From positions 1 to 37,575 of the forward strand of contig JAVECL010000193.1 in NCBI GenBank assembly GCA_051942245.1: a stretch of DNA of 37,575 nucleotides, given 5' to 3'. Each line of letters starts with the position of its first letter. The stretch's first letter is position 1. The DNA is from Trypethelium eluteriae. Its lineage: Eukaryota. Below, piece after piece: positions 1 to 10,885 of the stretch. A program made the position numbers and the translations under genes. The notes beneath the pieces are model-generated. The model was not told the origin of the DNA and did not search any database. It saw only the letters and a program-made list of their open reading frames with translations.

Positions 1-1030
1 GTATAAGGACAGCGAGATGGGGTATGTCGAGGAGGTGCGCGTGCTGGGCGCCGACACTGGCAACGAGCCGTGCCAGACCTTGCTGATTAAGTTTCGCATT
101 CCGCGGAGTCCGGTCATTGGCGATAAGTTCTCGAGTCGGCATGGGCAGAAGGGGGTGTGCTCGGTTAAGAATCCCTCGGTGGATATGCCGTTTAGCGAGA
201 GCGGGATGCAGCCGGATGTCATCATCAATCCGCATGCGTTTCCCTCGCGTATGACGATTGGCATGTTTATCGAGAGTATGGCGGGGAAGAGTGGGGCGCT
301 GCACGGGTTTCCACAGGATGGTACGCCCTGGCAGTTTGATGAGGATGAGTGCACTGCAGTGGATTACTTTGGACAACAGTTGAAGAAGGCCGGGTATAAT
401 TACTATGGAAACGAGCCGATGTATTCGGGCATCACGGGCGAGGAGCTCGCGGCGGACATCTACATCGGGGTCGTGTATTATCAACGATTGCGACATATGG
501 TGAACGATAAGTACCAAGTCCGGACGACGGGGCCGGTGGATAGGATCACGGGACAGCCAGTGAAGGGGCGAAAGAGGGGAGGTGGCATACGTATTGGGGA
601 GATGGAGAGAGATGCGTTGCTGGCCCACGGTACTGCTTTCATTCTGCAGGACCGACTCCTGAATTGCAGTGATTATGTTCGCGCAGCAATTTGTCGGCAG
701 TGTGGATCGTTCCTTGCTGTGGGAAGTTCCGTGGATAATTATGCGCGGAGAAGAGAAGCCACCGGGGAGATGAGATGTAGACGGTGTGCGAAGAAGTTGG
801 AGGCGCCTGGACAGGGAGAGAAGAAGATGACGAATGGAAACGAAGTATCGAAGGCGAATACTATCCAAGATTTGGAGCTCGATGGCAATGATGTCTGGGA
901 AGATGGCTTGAAGAAGCAGTTCCAGGGCGGAGACGACGTTGCAATTGTGGCAGTTCCAGGCGTGTTGAGGTATCTGGACGTTGAGCTGGCTGCCATGGGT
1001 GTGCGGATGAGGTTCAAAGTTGAGCCTTGA
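1..1030 (+). CDS. RPA135: DNA-directed RNA polymerase I second-largest subunit, C-terminal part (5' end outside window)
   Basis: Motifs [49 protein letters not shown] and [18 protein letters not shown], CxxC...CRRC zinc site, and Pol I-type C-terminus VWEDG...[12 protein letters not shown]; stop TGA at 1028-1030. Confidence 0.95.
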   Translation, partial: YKDSEMGYVEEVRVLGADTGNEPCQTLLIKFRIPRSPVIGDKFSSRHGQKGVCSVKNPSVDMPFSESGMQPDVIINPHAFPSRMTIGMFIESMAGKSGALHGFPQDGTPWQFDEDECTAVDYFGQQLKKAGYNYYGNEPMYSGITGEELAADIYIGVVYYQRLRHMVNDKYQVRTTGPVDRITGQPVKGRKRGGGIRIGEMERDALLAHGTAFILQDRLLNCSDYVRAAICRQCGSFLAVGSSVDNYARRREATGEMRCRRCAKKLEAPGQGEKKMTNGNEVSKANTIQDLELDGNDVWEDGLKKQFQGGDDVAIVAVPGVLRYLDVELAAMGVRMRFKVEP

Positions 1031-2359
1031 CGTCAAATATGGGATCTGACAAAGGGTAGCACTGGATGAACAACATGAGCTTGCTAGTATGGCCTCGGAA
1101 TTCGGCATTTGCTCTGGGGATATACCAAGCTTTACGTGCAAAACGAACCCCCGAGGGTGTCATTGGTTATGATCCATTGCAGGGGATGTGTTCTCAGGAA
1201 GCAAAACTGATTCAAACATCAATAAGGTGCACGAGCATGTTAGGATCTGGCAATGAAGCAATGCGCATCCATCATCGGAAAGAAAGCTCGGTCTCGTTTC
1301 CTGACTTCAGAGTAGGACTGGATCTATGAACGGAATGCTCAAGGTTGTCATCCTAGGTCAGCGAAGTCGGGATGCAGAGGGCATCAGCTTGATATGCGAG
1401 TTCTGGGTCTATGCAGTATGGATAGGGAAAAAAAGTATGGCAGAATGGGAAGGTGCTGACAAGGCTGGGAGAGTTCTCAACTCTGTACTTCGCACTTTCA
1501 TGTTCGCCTGCAACGCCTATCCATGAAATTATCGCAGCCCTCGTACACTGATAGTATTGAGTTGTTTCGGTGAAGATTCGGACGAAGCCTTCAGGAAGTC
1601 GAGAACCTACCTTATACGCCGGAATACATCGATAGCCCCATATAGGCGCTCTAGGTAAGAGAATGCAACACGAGTCCTCAAGAGCCCCTCACACTCTAAT
1701 TATTGAGCCTGCTATTCCTCTCAATTGCTTATTGATATTTCGATATTTTTCGGTCCGAGCCGAGGAACTGAGAGGCTTATCAACAGACCCTGCCAATGAT
1801 CTCGTACGTAGACAGTGTATGTAGTTCCATTCAGACGCGGGTGTCATCTGGACTATCGACTCGACTATGTGTACGTAACATGACATGCGTGTACGGCAGG
1901 CATTTCGAAAGCGTCATCCCTGCCACCTGTACGATACCGGAGGACGCCGAGTCCGACATCATGTACTATGCAAACCCTGTAAAATCCACCTGTCCCCAAG
2001 ACGTGCAGCATCTTTCATTGTGCAGTCTATCGGAAGAGGGTTAGCTTTTGCACTTTCCTGACCGGGATACTGGCATCTTGGTGTCTATGCTCGACGACAC
2101 GGGCGCCATATATCTTGTGATGCTTGCCGACAATCATGTCACTAAAGCTTAATCCTGGAGACGACCTTCAAGGGCACGGACGGCCGAAGGGTATGAGCAG
2201 CAGAGCTACTACAAGAAGATGATAAATCTGTCATCCTGTTCAGCACGGCTTTCCCTGAATAAAATCCAGCGGATATAACAGCATGCCGCCGCGTTCATGT
2301 GAGATAGCATAGTTGTGTCTTCGTTCTTTACCTCCGCGCTTGCATCGAGCGTCACTAAT

Positions 2360-4148
2360 ATGGTCCTGAATTTCCATTTAGCACTGACGACTCTGCTGGC
2401 AGTGTCTGTAAAGGCGATATCCCAGCCTTCGGGAGTCAACCAATTCGACCTTGTTCCGTACTTCCGTCACAACGACACCTCCCAATTAGTTCCGGACAGC
2501 TATATCATTAAGTTCAGAGACAATTACACTTTACAATATCATCTTGACTCTATCGGTGTAAATATCTCTTCGCTCGGCCATAACTATTATCATTTGGATA
2601 TCCTCCCCGGATACCATATCAAAGCTAATCAATCTATAATTGATAATCTTATTAGAAGAGACAGAGGAGTCGAATGGGTTGAACATAGTGCCCGCGCCTA
2701 TGCGCCTAAGCTTTCACGAATGAGCCCCATTAACCAGAGGAACCTATCGTCATCACCACTATCAAAGCGATATAAGGCAATCTTGGATGACCGCGCACCT
2801 TTCCCACTTGTAATGCAGTCAAGTTCGGAGAAGCTCAACCAGCGCTCAAGCGGCGCCGCCGGCTTTTGGTACTGGGATAAGGCAGGTGAGAATGTGGACA
2901 TTTATGTCCTTGATACCGGCATGAATATTAATCATTGGGAGTTTGGCATACCCACTCGAGCTACAAATTTCAGGGACTTGGATGTTTCACCCTATGTTGA
3001 GGCTGGTGATGATCCCCGAATGGTGGATAGTTCTGAAGTCTCGCACGGTATGTTACCACTCTCCCTTCTCTTCCTACCTTGAGCTTCTTTTGAGGACTAT
3101 CAGTCAAGTTCTCATAGTCGCAGCAACGCCGATAATTCGTACTTTGATCCACGAAACTTGCTATACACATCGCCCTAATAAGTTTCAGGTACTTGTGTTG
3201 CATCCCTTATTGGGGGCGATAGTATCGGAGCTGCCAGAAGTGCAAATCTTATCAACTTAAAGGTCATAGGAGCGAATGTAACTGTTGATGAGGTGACTGA
3301 TTATCCGAATATAGTTAAAGCGTTCGGGTAAGTCTTGGAGCAAGTCGACATTCTTCCTCAGAAGCTGATTTGATCTCGTCAATCTCAGTGAGGTGAGGAA
3401 AACGCACAACCGTAAAAAGCGGGCTTGTTGCGGTCGTCCCCCTTTTGCAGGATCGTTGATTAATTTATCTCTTGGCGGGGTGGCGTACAGCGAATCCCTT
3501 AAAACAGCCATTAGGAAACTTAAAAACGCTGGCATCCTCGTAGTTACTAGTGCGGGAAACAGCGATACCTCCACTCACCGTTATGTTCCTTGTAGCTACG
3601 ATGATACAATCTGCGTCGCGTCTGTCGACAACCAATATAGAAAGGCCAGCTATTCCAATTATGGACAACATGTAACGGTATCAGCTCCGGGCGACAATGT
3701 AATATGTGCAAGTAAAGAAGGCACTTTCCTCAGCTATGTCATCGCAAGTGGAACTTCTTTATCAACAGCCTATGTAACTGGAATTCTTGCACATTTCATT
3801 AGTTATGAAAATATACATTCAAATGCGGAGTTAGTGTTACGACGTATGAGAGACAACTGGAATTTTGGATTTCTCGAAGGCTTCGACGCACCGCAGTCAC
3901 GGGTAACTCCTAATACCTTCATCAATAACGGATTTCAGAACCCGAACAAATCACCTACACAGCCATACTTTGGCGCTCCAAGTGCTCGACACGCTCGTCG
4001 TCGTGGCCTTGGCGGTGAAAGCCCTACCAATGCTTCGCTTCGTCTTGAAGGAACCAGTACTAGTAAGCAGTCCCCACGATTCCTCATGGTGAAGGGTTTC
4101 TCTCTTCTTAATCTGATGGAAAATCTCGTTCTCCAGCGACCAATCTAG
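2360..4148 (+). CDS. Secreted subtilisin-like serine protease (S8, proteinase K-like) with I9-type propeptide; exons 2360-3047, 3189-3327, 3389-4148 (a further intron near 4063-4136 would move the stop to 4201)
   Basis: Signal peptide MVLNFHLALTTLLAVSVKA; propeptide 'VPDSYIIKF...VEWVE'; catalytic Asp in YVLDTG; splicing GTATGT(3048)..TTTCAG(3188) restores HGTCVAS (His); GTAAGT(3328)..CTCAG(3388) joins in frame to INLSLGG, SAGN (oxyanion Asn), SNYG, APG and SGTSLST (Ser). Confidence 0.9.
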
Positions 4149-5881
4149 TCCCATTTGCCACTGCATCCTTTGGAGACATCGACTCGAGCCTAACATTATA
4201 GCTTCTTGGGAAGATGCAGAGGATGAGGCAGGTGACTAAACGGAATTCGAGTAGCGTTGACGGACAGACGCCAGGTGATTCAGATGTCCGATCTTAGAAA
4301 TGTGTACGGGGCCGTTCAGGTAACGAACTTGATCGAATATTTCCAAGGACTAAAGTTGAAATGAAAGTCTTAATCTCTCGGCATCTCATGAAATGTGAAG
4401 AATTTGTACGGAGAGGCGATGCAATTCGAAGCTCATCGACGTCGACGTGCATAATTACCAGCCGGAGGCTACTCCATGTTCTACATTCGTCCATATCTTT
4501 CCAGAATATGCGCTAGCTCAGGACACCGGAGGGATGTTGGCCGAATGGATTGACAGATGCAGACGAAGGATTTTTGGAAGTTAATCGCTACGCCCATGCG
4601 AAGCATAGGCGGCATGGAGATCGGGCTACGCGTGCGCGACATGTGGCAGTGGGGGAGATGAGGAAGACTCCGGGAAGACTTGACAAAAGATCGCGGAGCG
4701 GTTGGGAGATGGACCATCCTTGGAGGGTCTACGCGTGTCTGGTGCTAAACTAAAACGCTCCATAGAAGAAATATGCAAGCGGCTTGGACAACATGTACCA
4801 ACCAACGAAAAAGGGACTGACATCATACATGAGACATGTGGATACCGCTCAGGCCGAGACACTATGTTCGGTCTGTCTCGGATGCTCGAATTACGGCGGT
4901 CGGAACATAGCTGCATCTTACCGCAAGATAGAACTGGAAGAAAAGGACGACATGGGGCGTTGATAGCGCTTGAAACGTTGATGGAGAGCATAACAAGGGC
5001 TACTTGCCTGAAGAAAGTTGAAGCTCAACTTACAGATCGATTTTAAGACAGCAATATCTGGACCGTTGTCTTCAGCTATCATTTTTTGGGTTGCGCAATG
5101 GGTGTTGGAATCCAGTCTCGGGGTGTTGTACTCATGCTTTTGATGGAGGTCAGATAGGCGGTCAGAAGATGATCCTCAGCTACGGGTCGCCTAAGGTACA
5201 TACCTTAGTACGATGCCTGAGCTGAGCGGTGTCAGGTGCGACCGACTCGATTCCGCGCACGTGAGAGCTACAACTCCTCACGGGTAAGCCCCTGTGTACG
5301 GAGTATTGAAGCCCGCAACGACGTTCTGTGTCACCGTAAGCGTCCAGAAAGGGTATCGAGCGCATCCGATGGAGATGGTACAATTTCAGCTCGATTAGGG
5401 TCGGGCATCCGAGGATACAGGGAAGACTCCGACGCGACGATTTCAGGGCTCGCCAGGTCGGTTCTGCGATCCTGCTGTGGCTCGGAGTGGGCAGACGGAA
5501 GCTGAAAGGCACTCACGATGGCGTTGACGCGCGCCGCTAAGACCGACCTACGTGATCTCTCGAAGCACTGTCCCTGACGATAGGATAGGGACGAACGCTC
5601 GATAGAACGCTCACACTTTAGGATGAAGCTATGCTATGAAGATGAAAGGGTTTGTGGACTCGGGAAACAGTCTGGAGTTTCTACAAGGTACGGAGTAGTC
5701 CGCCCCTGATCGACGGACGCGTCGCGTGCGCGCTTGGGCCCGGACAGATTTGAGTTGCCAAGCTAGACCATCGTTTGAAACTAAATGCAATTTAACAGAA
5801 TCGTATTGCAAAACACTAAATCCTAAGCTAGAATCCATTATGAACACAAACGGTCCAGAAGATATGAAGGCAAAAATGCAT

Positions 5882-6628
5882 TTAATTCTTGAAAGAAACC
5901 GTCCATTTGGACTGTCCTGGCTGACCGGCCGCGCATCCTCCGTTCTGAGTGTTCTCGCCCTGTTGACCTGGTCCGGAGCAGTTGTGCAAGAGGTAACCGT
6001 ATGTGCATGCAGCGTCCGAGTCATCGCAAGTGAACACGCACTCCGAGGTCGAAGTGCCGCACTGCGGGCCTTGTGCAGCAACGTGGTGACCCTGAGGATA
6101 GATCTCCCGGCTCGTGTCCACGACACCCTCGGGCGCGAAGGTGAATTCCTGGATGGTGTTGGGAAGCTGACCGCCAGAGCCCTCCACATCCATGGTAGAT
6201 GGGGTGTCAGCATAGGCAGCTCCCCAACCGCCGGAAAGACCAGAGTCGAATGAGACAGTAACGGAGTTGTTTTGACCGTTGGTGGACTTGGCCAGGGGTA
6301 CCGAAATGGCTGGAGCTTGACCGTTGCACCAGGAGCAGCTGGTGATGGCGTTGCCAGAGTATTCGCCGCCGCCGGCAGCCATGTTCCAGATGAGGAGGAC
6401 AAGCTCGTTCTCATCGCTGTCGTTGGTGAATTCCACCTCGTAGTCACCGCCTCCACCAAGGCGGATGGATCCGGTCGGTGAGTTCTGGCCCTGGAGAATA
6501 GCTTTGCTGCTGAGGACCGAGGCTACGGTCGCGGCGCGGTTGTGCAGGCGTCGGTGGGCGTGGTTTGGCTGGGCTGAAGCAGTGGAAATGCTGAGCGCAG
6601 CGAGCGCGAGGGCGATGTTGGAACGCAT
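5882..6628 (-). CDS. Secreted Cys-rich protein, probably allergen Asp f 4-like family (248 aa, intronless)
   Basis: Clear signal peptide followed by 'HAHRRLH'; FTN..., SFDSG.SGGW, EFTF, DTSREI and C-terminal CVFTC...GY...C...GGC resemble Asp f 4-like proteins; strong coding-type codon bias. Confidence 0.65.
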   Translation of the reverse strand: MRSNIALALAALSISTASAQPNHAHRRLHNRAATVASVLSSKAILQGQNSPTGSIRLGGGGDYEVEFTNDSDENELVLLIWNMAAGGGEYSGNAITSCSWCNGQAPAISVPLAKSTNGQNNSVTVSFDSGLSGGWGAAYADTPSTMDVEGSGGQLPNTIQEFTFAPEGVVDTSREIYPQGHHVAAQGPQCGTSTSECVFTCDDSDAACTYGYLLHNCSGPGQQGENTQNGGCAAGQPGQSKWTVSFKN

Positions 6629-8599
6629 CTTCGATAGGATTTGTTGTTTAAAATTTTCGATTGGCTAGTATTGGTATCTTGAAAAGATCGTGGTAGTGGA
6701 GTTTTTCAAATGAATGTGGAGCAGTCCAGAGCCCGGCTCTGCTATTGCAACTGGTTTAGAGAGTGACGATAAAGTTGGAGATACACAGTTAACAGAGAGC
6801 AGTGCTAAACAGGAGCAAGGGAAAGAGGCGGCACAAGGCTGCCTTTGTTCTTATAAGCCATGCCGCTCATCAGCGCTGGGCGGCAGGAAATTACAATCGG
6901 ACGACAAGGATCAAGATTCGTCAAGGCCGCAGTAGCTGCATTGTTTCATGGATTTGTCGCGTGTCATTGGGCCAACGGAAAGGGGCAGAACGTGCGGGTA
7001 AGAGTTGGGCCCAACATTGGACATGATTTGCGGGAGAACAAAGATTAGGCCTGGTGGGCACGGCCAACAAGGCAAGGCTTTCACGGCCCCTGTTAGATTC
7101 ATGAACTGCTCTTACATCCAGAATACTGTCGGTGAGCTGATCAAGACTGACAATGCATGTGAGTTGAAGCAGACTCATAGCGTTGAAATCCATGCACAAA
7201 GTAGCTGACATCTCATCGCCAATAATCCAACTTGTTCAACAATGAAAGGATTTTCCATGATCTTGTAAAAGGAGAGCTACTGTACCTAGACCTAGCCACC
7301 TAGTGCCGGCTACGAAACCTTCACACCAACCGCCGGGTACGATGCAGGTACAGGTGATGGCTAGGCCGAAGTGGAGCGAGTCAAATTAGATGGAACTGGG
7401 AGGCACCGAGGGGTGGCGAGCCAGTGCCAAGTGTAGAAAAGAGCGCATTATTTTGGGTAAAGTGCGGCAGGGCAGGTCGCTTGCAACATGGGTCCTTTGG
7501 CCTCGTCGCCGGACCAGTGGCCGAGGTTGGGTGGTTGGTGGAGAAGTGAAGATGGACGTGGACTTGGATGCGGACGTGGCCCACGTCTGAGCCAACGCTT
7601 TCCGGCAACTAAAGCCGCCGACGCTACTCCGGCACCCCGGCTTCGGTTCCGGCCCAACGCGGAGCGAGCTAATTGTGAAAAGATCGCCACCATCGCCATC
7701 TTCCTCTTCTCTTTCCTCTTCACCTCCCGTCACTGAACCCTACGGAGATCATTAGAGACGAGCCCAAATGGGGGATCTGACCATCGCACATGGCCCTTTT
7801 CAGGAAATTTCGTTGCTACTGTATTAGGATCTTGCCTGTCTCGGGTATTTCGTCCATTGGATCCATCCCATTCGCATTCCTGCGAAACGGTACTATGCAT
7901 CGTCTCTGTTTGATTTCCTTGTGCATACCTTTCTGAAGGATGTTGCAGTAAGCTTCTGAGCATTAAGACACAGAGTGAAAGGAGCACGTGGCGGGACTGG
8001 AGGGCAGGTTGTACAGAGTACAAGATCTTAGACATTGAACTAAGCAAATTGCTGACTATCATTACTCTGGAGTGACTTTGGTCGAGGGCATGTTCATCTA
8101 TCATGACTTCGCTGCTGATTGAAAGGTTTCATAGTCAAGGAGGTCGTACTTGCTGTCGCCTTGATGACTGGGGCGTCGTGTACGCTGCCTGGAGAGATCT
8201 CTAGACATCACTCCTTATCGATGAGTACCCTTGAAGCTCCTGATTTCCTATGCCTATGAGTGATCTTCTACAGTTTACGTGTGATTGAGATTCCTCTGCA
8301 CTGTCACTGCTGCGCACTGGAGAAGTCACGTTGCAAGATTTGAGCGTGGATAGAGTGATATTCACCACGAAGCTTGGGCTAGAAGTGTGAAGCTAGGCCA
8401 TCAACATGACTTCGTTTACTAGTCAGTCCGGGATATTATATGCCCCCTTACTTCCCAGTGCTTCGTAGAATCTACAATCATTCAAAGTATATGACCTGCT
8501 CCAAGGTTGCTCGCTTCTCTTCTTCCATCTCCTCAAAGAGACTTCTAACGACAATTCTGAAGCATTCAACCACAACACCCATCAATTCCCATTTAAGTC

Positions 8600-9535
8600 A
8601 TGGCATCAAGCTCTGAAACTCATTCCGAACAGGATGGTGTGAAGCTTGAGGTCGATCGCTACAAAAAGTGGCTGAAGGAACGAGTCGACCGCGGCTGCTA
8701 TGTCGCAAGTAGCAAGGACCATATCCTTGGCACTTTGGCGGATGAGAATACTTGGGGCATCCAAGCCGGAGCTCCAATCACTCAGGCTGTCCTCGACGAT
8801 GCTGCCGTTCGTCAAAAGGAGATTTTGAGCTTCTTCCACGAATCTGGTATGCAGGCCTACCCTAAATATTCGCTCAAGAGGTGGTATGAGGTGAAGCTTG
8901 ATAGAGACGTTGGCTTCAACGCGTACGGCGATGCAATTACCATCCGTGTTCTCTACCATAAGATGGCAGAGGCTCCGCTCCTCCTTAGAAAAGTCAAAAC
9001 CCTTATTGAGGCCGACGAAGGTTCGATCTACGTCCACCATCAGCGAGATCCGGACATCATCCAGTATATCGATTGGTACCATCCTGGCTTTGGGCACACC
9101 ATCCAGGTGCTGGTTATGCACTTGTTTGCCGCCGTGACCTTCGAACGCGACTACCTCCTCAAATCGATACGCCGTGGCTTGCAACGTCCCGACAGATACA
9201 TTGATCTCTGGGACGAAGGCCTGTATATCAACGTTCGTGAAGCCCTTCTTCATCGCGACCAATGGGAAAGCGTATGGCACAAGAGTCCCCGGGAGCTCTG
9301 GCTCAGTCGATTAGATCGTCTCATTCAACGGACGCACGGCCTCTCTCTTCCGGATACTTGGTCAGACGCACGCAAGCAAGACGAAGACTTGAAGATCGGA
9401 CTTCATAACACCCTTCGGAGCTCATTCGCTGACACCTCTGCCTTCAACATCGCCAGCATCGCCCAACCTGTGCAGAGCCAGCCACCTCCTGTCGCCCAGT
9501 CAACGGCTGGTGCCGAGGATGACCGCTCTGAATAG
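8600..9535 (+). CDS. Hypothetical protein, 311 aa, intronless, no recognised domain
   Basis: Long ORF with ATG after a C/A-rich leader and a TATA-like ATATTATAT near 8433; globular composition with a low-complexity tail. Confidence 0.7.
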   Translation: MASSSETHSEQDGVKLEVDRYKKWLKERVDRGCYVASSKDHILGTLADENTWGIQAGAPITQAVLDDAAVRQKEILSFFHESGMQAYPKYSLKRWYEVKLDRDVGFNAYGDAITIRVLYHKMAEAPLLLRKVKTLIEADEGSIYVHHQRDPDIIQYIDWYHPGFGHTIQVLVMHLFAAVTFERDYLLKSIRRGLQRPDRYIDLWDEGLYINVREALLHRDQWESVWHKSPRELWLSRLDRLIQRTHGLSLPDTWSDARKQDEDLKIGLHNTLRSSFADTSAFNIASIAQPVQSQPPPVAQSTAGAEDDRSE

Positions 9536-10885
9536 CACGCTTTGACAAGCGCAGTTGTACAGTCTGCAGCACCGTCAAACTCGTAAGCTTCTTGAGCAGC
9601 CGGTGGCAGATCGTGAGAGGGATCTTGATGGTGTGGACGGAGCATCGTGAGATAAATTTGCTGAAACTTGTGCGTGAAGAGTTCTTACAGAGAGACCCAG
9701 ACATCAAAGGAACTGCAATCTGTCGATGAAGTCTCGTGGGTCATAGGAAATAGGTAGTCATTCTCTCGGGAGAGTACTTAAAACTCCACCAAAGACACAA
9801 CTCGGAAGAATTATATATTCAATTACCTCCTAAGCAACTCTTCTCTATATAACTGCACTTGGTTAATCAAAAATGTCAGATGCAGCTGCAATTCAAGAGA
9901 TCGTGCACTTATTCCGTAGCATGTGCAGAGCGCGCCCCGATCTCCCTTTGTCTCTAAAACACTGCACAAAACATTCACCAACGGCTTTGTCAACTTTCAC
10001 AACTCCATTATCCCCGAGTGCGCCCTAATGTCACGGCCCACTGCGTGAACTATTTCTCACCATCTGCATGATGCCCTGTCTTCGCTGTTGCGTGATCTGC
10101 ATTGCCGGTGCACGCGTTTCGCTTTGCCGCCTAACCACTGAATTGGCTTGACTTAGCGGACATCGCTGACAACGGAAGCTGCCTTAAATGTCTACAAATC
10201 CGCAAAAGACCTGGAACTAGTAGAATCATGTGTGAAAGGCGCTAGACGTGGCGGTGCATTGACCGACCAGATCGCTGCATGCCACTTCAAAAGTGATATA
10301 CACAAGTTTCCCCTGTTGCAGGCTCGAAGTCATGCTCTAACGATTTCATGCATTGGAAGATCAGCAGGATTGATAGCAGGATACTGTTGTGACTTATGCC
10401 TTCTAGCTTGAACCGACGGTGACGAGGGCATGTGCATTAGACGCTCTTCATCACGAACGAGAGCATGGAGTGAACAAGTAATAGTGATGTGGGTTGAAGG
10501 AAGCGGAAGAAGGGAAGAAGGGGAGCCATTGGGACTGCCTATGCAAAAGTTCGCCGAAGCAGAAAGCCGACGAAGCCGAAGAGGTCGATACCCAAGAGGG
10601 GTGGACGAGACGACATCTCGACGGAGTGCTTTGAGGATCTCAACGTCGTCCAGAGTGGTGCTCCCGAAGGCTCGAATGAACGGTGACCTCAAGGAAATAG
10701 GTGATATCGAATTGACAGAATAAGAGAGCGTGACTACGTAGACAAAGAAGTGGCGTAAATTGAAGTACAATAAGAAAATCCCTCCAGATTCCACCACCTT
10801 TGTGCGCCTGTTCATCCATCCCGATTCTCGTGACAAAGTCTGTAGAAGAGACAAGGTCCCCGGAACCATCACGGAAGCCCCTAAC

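Noticed and set aside
790..895. Apparent insertion after the RPA135 zinc site
   Set aside because: This loop is length-variable in fungal RPA135.
1027..1036. Palindrome TTGACGTCAA overlapping the RPA135 stop
   Set aside because: At a gene 3' end; probably coincidental.
5629..6459. 276-aa and 175-aa ORFs overlapping the Asp f 4-like gene
   Set aside because: Alternative-frame or antisense by-products of GC-rich coding sequence.
8606..9280. 224-aa minus-strand ORF
   Set aside because: Antisense shadow of the 8600-9535 ORF.
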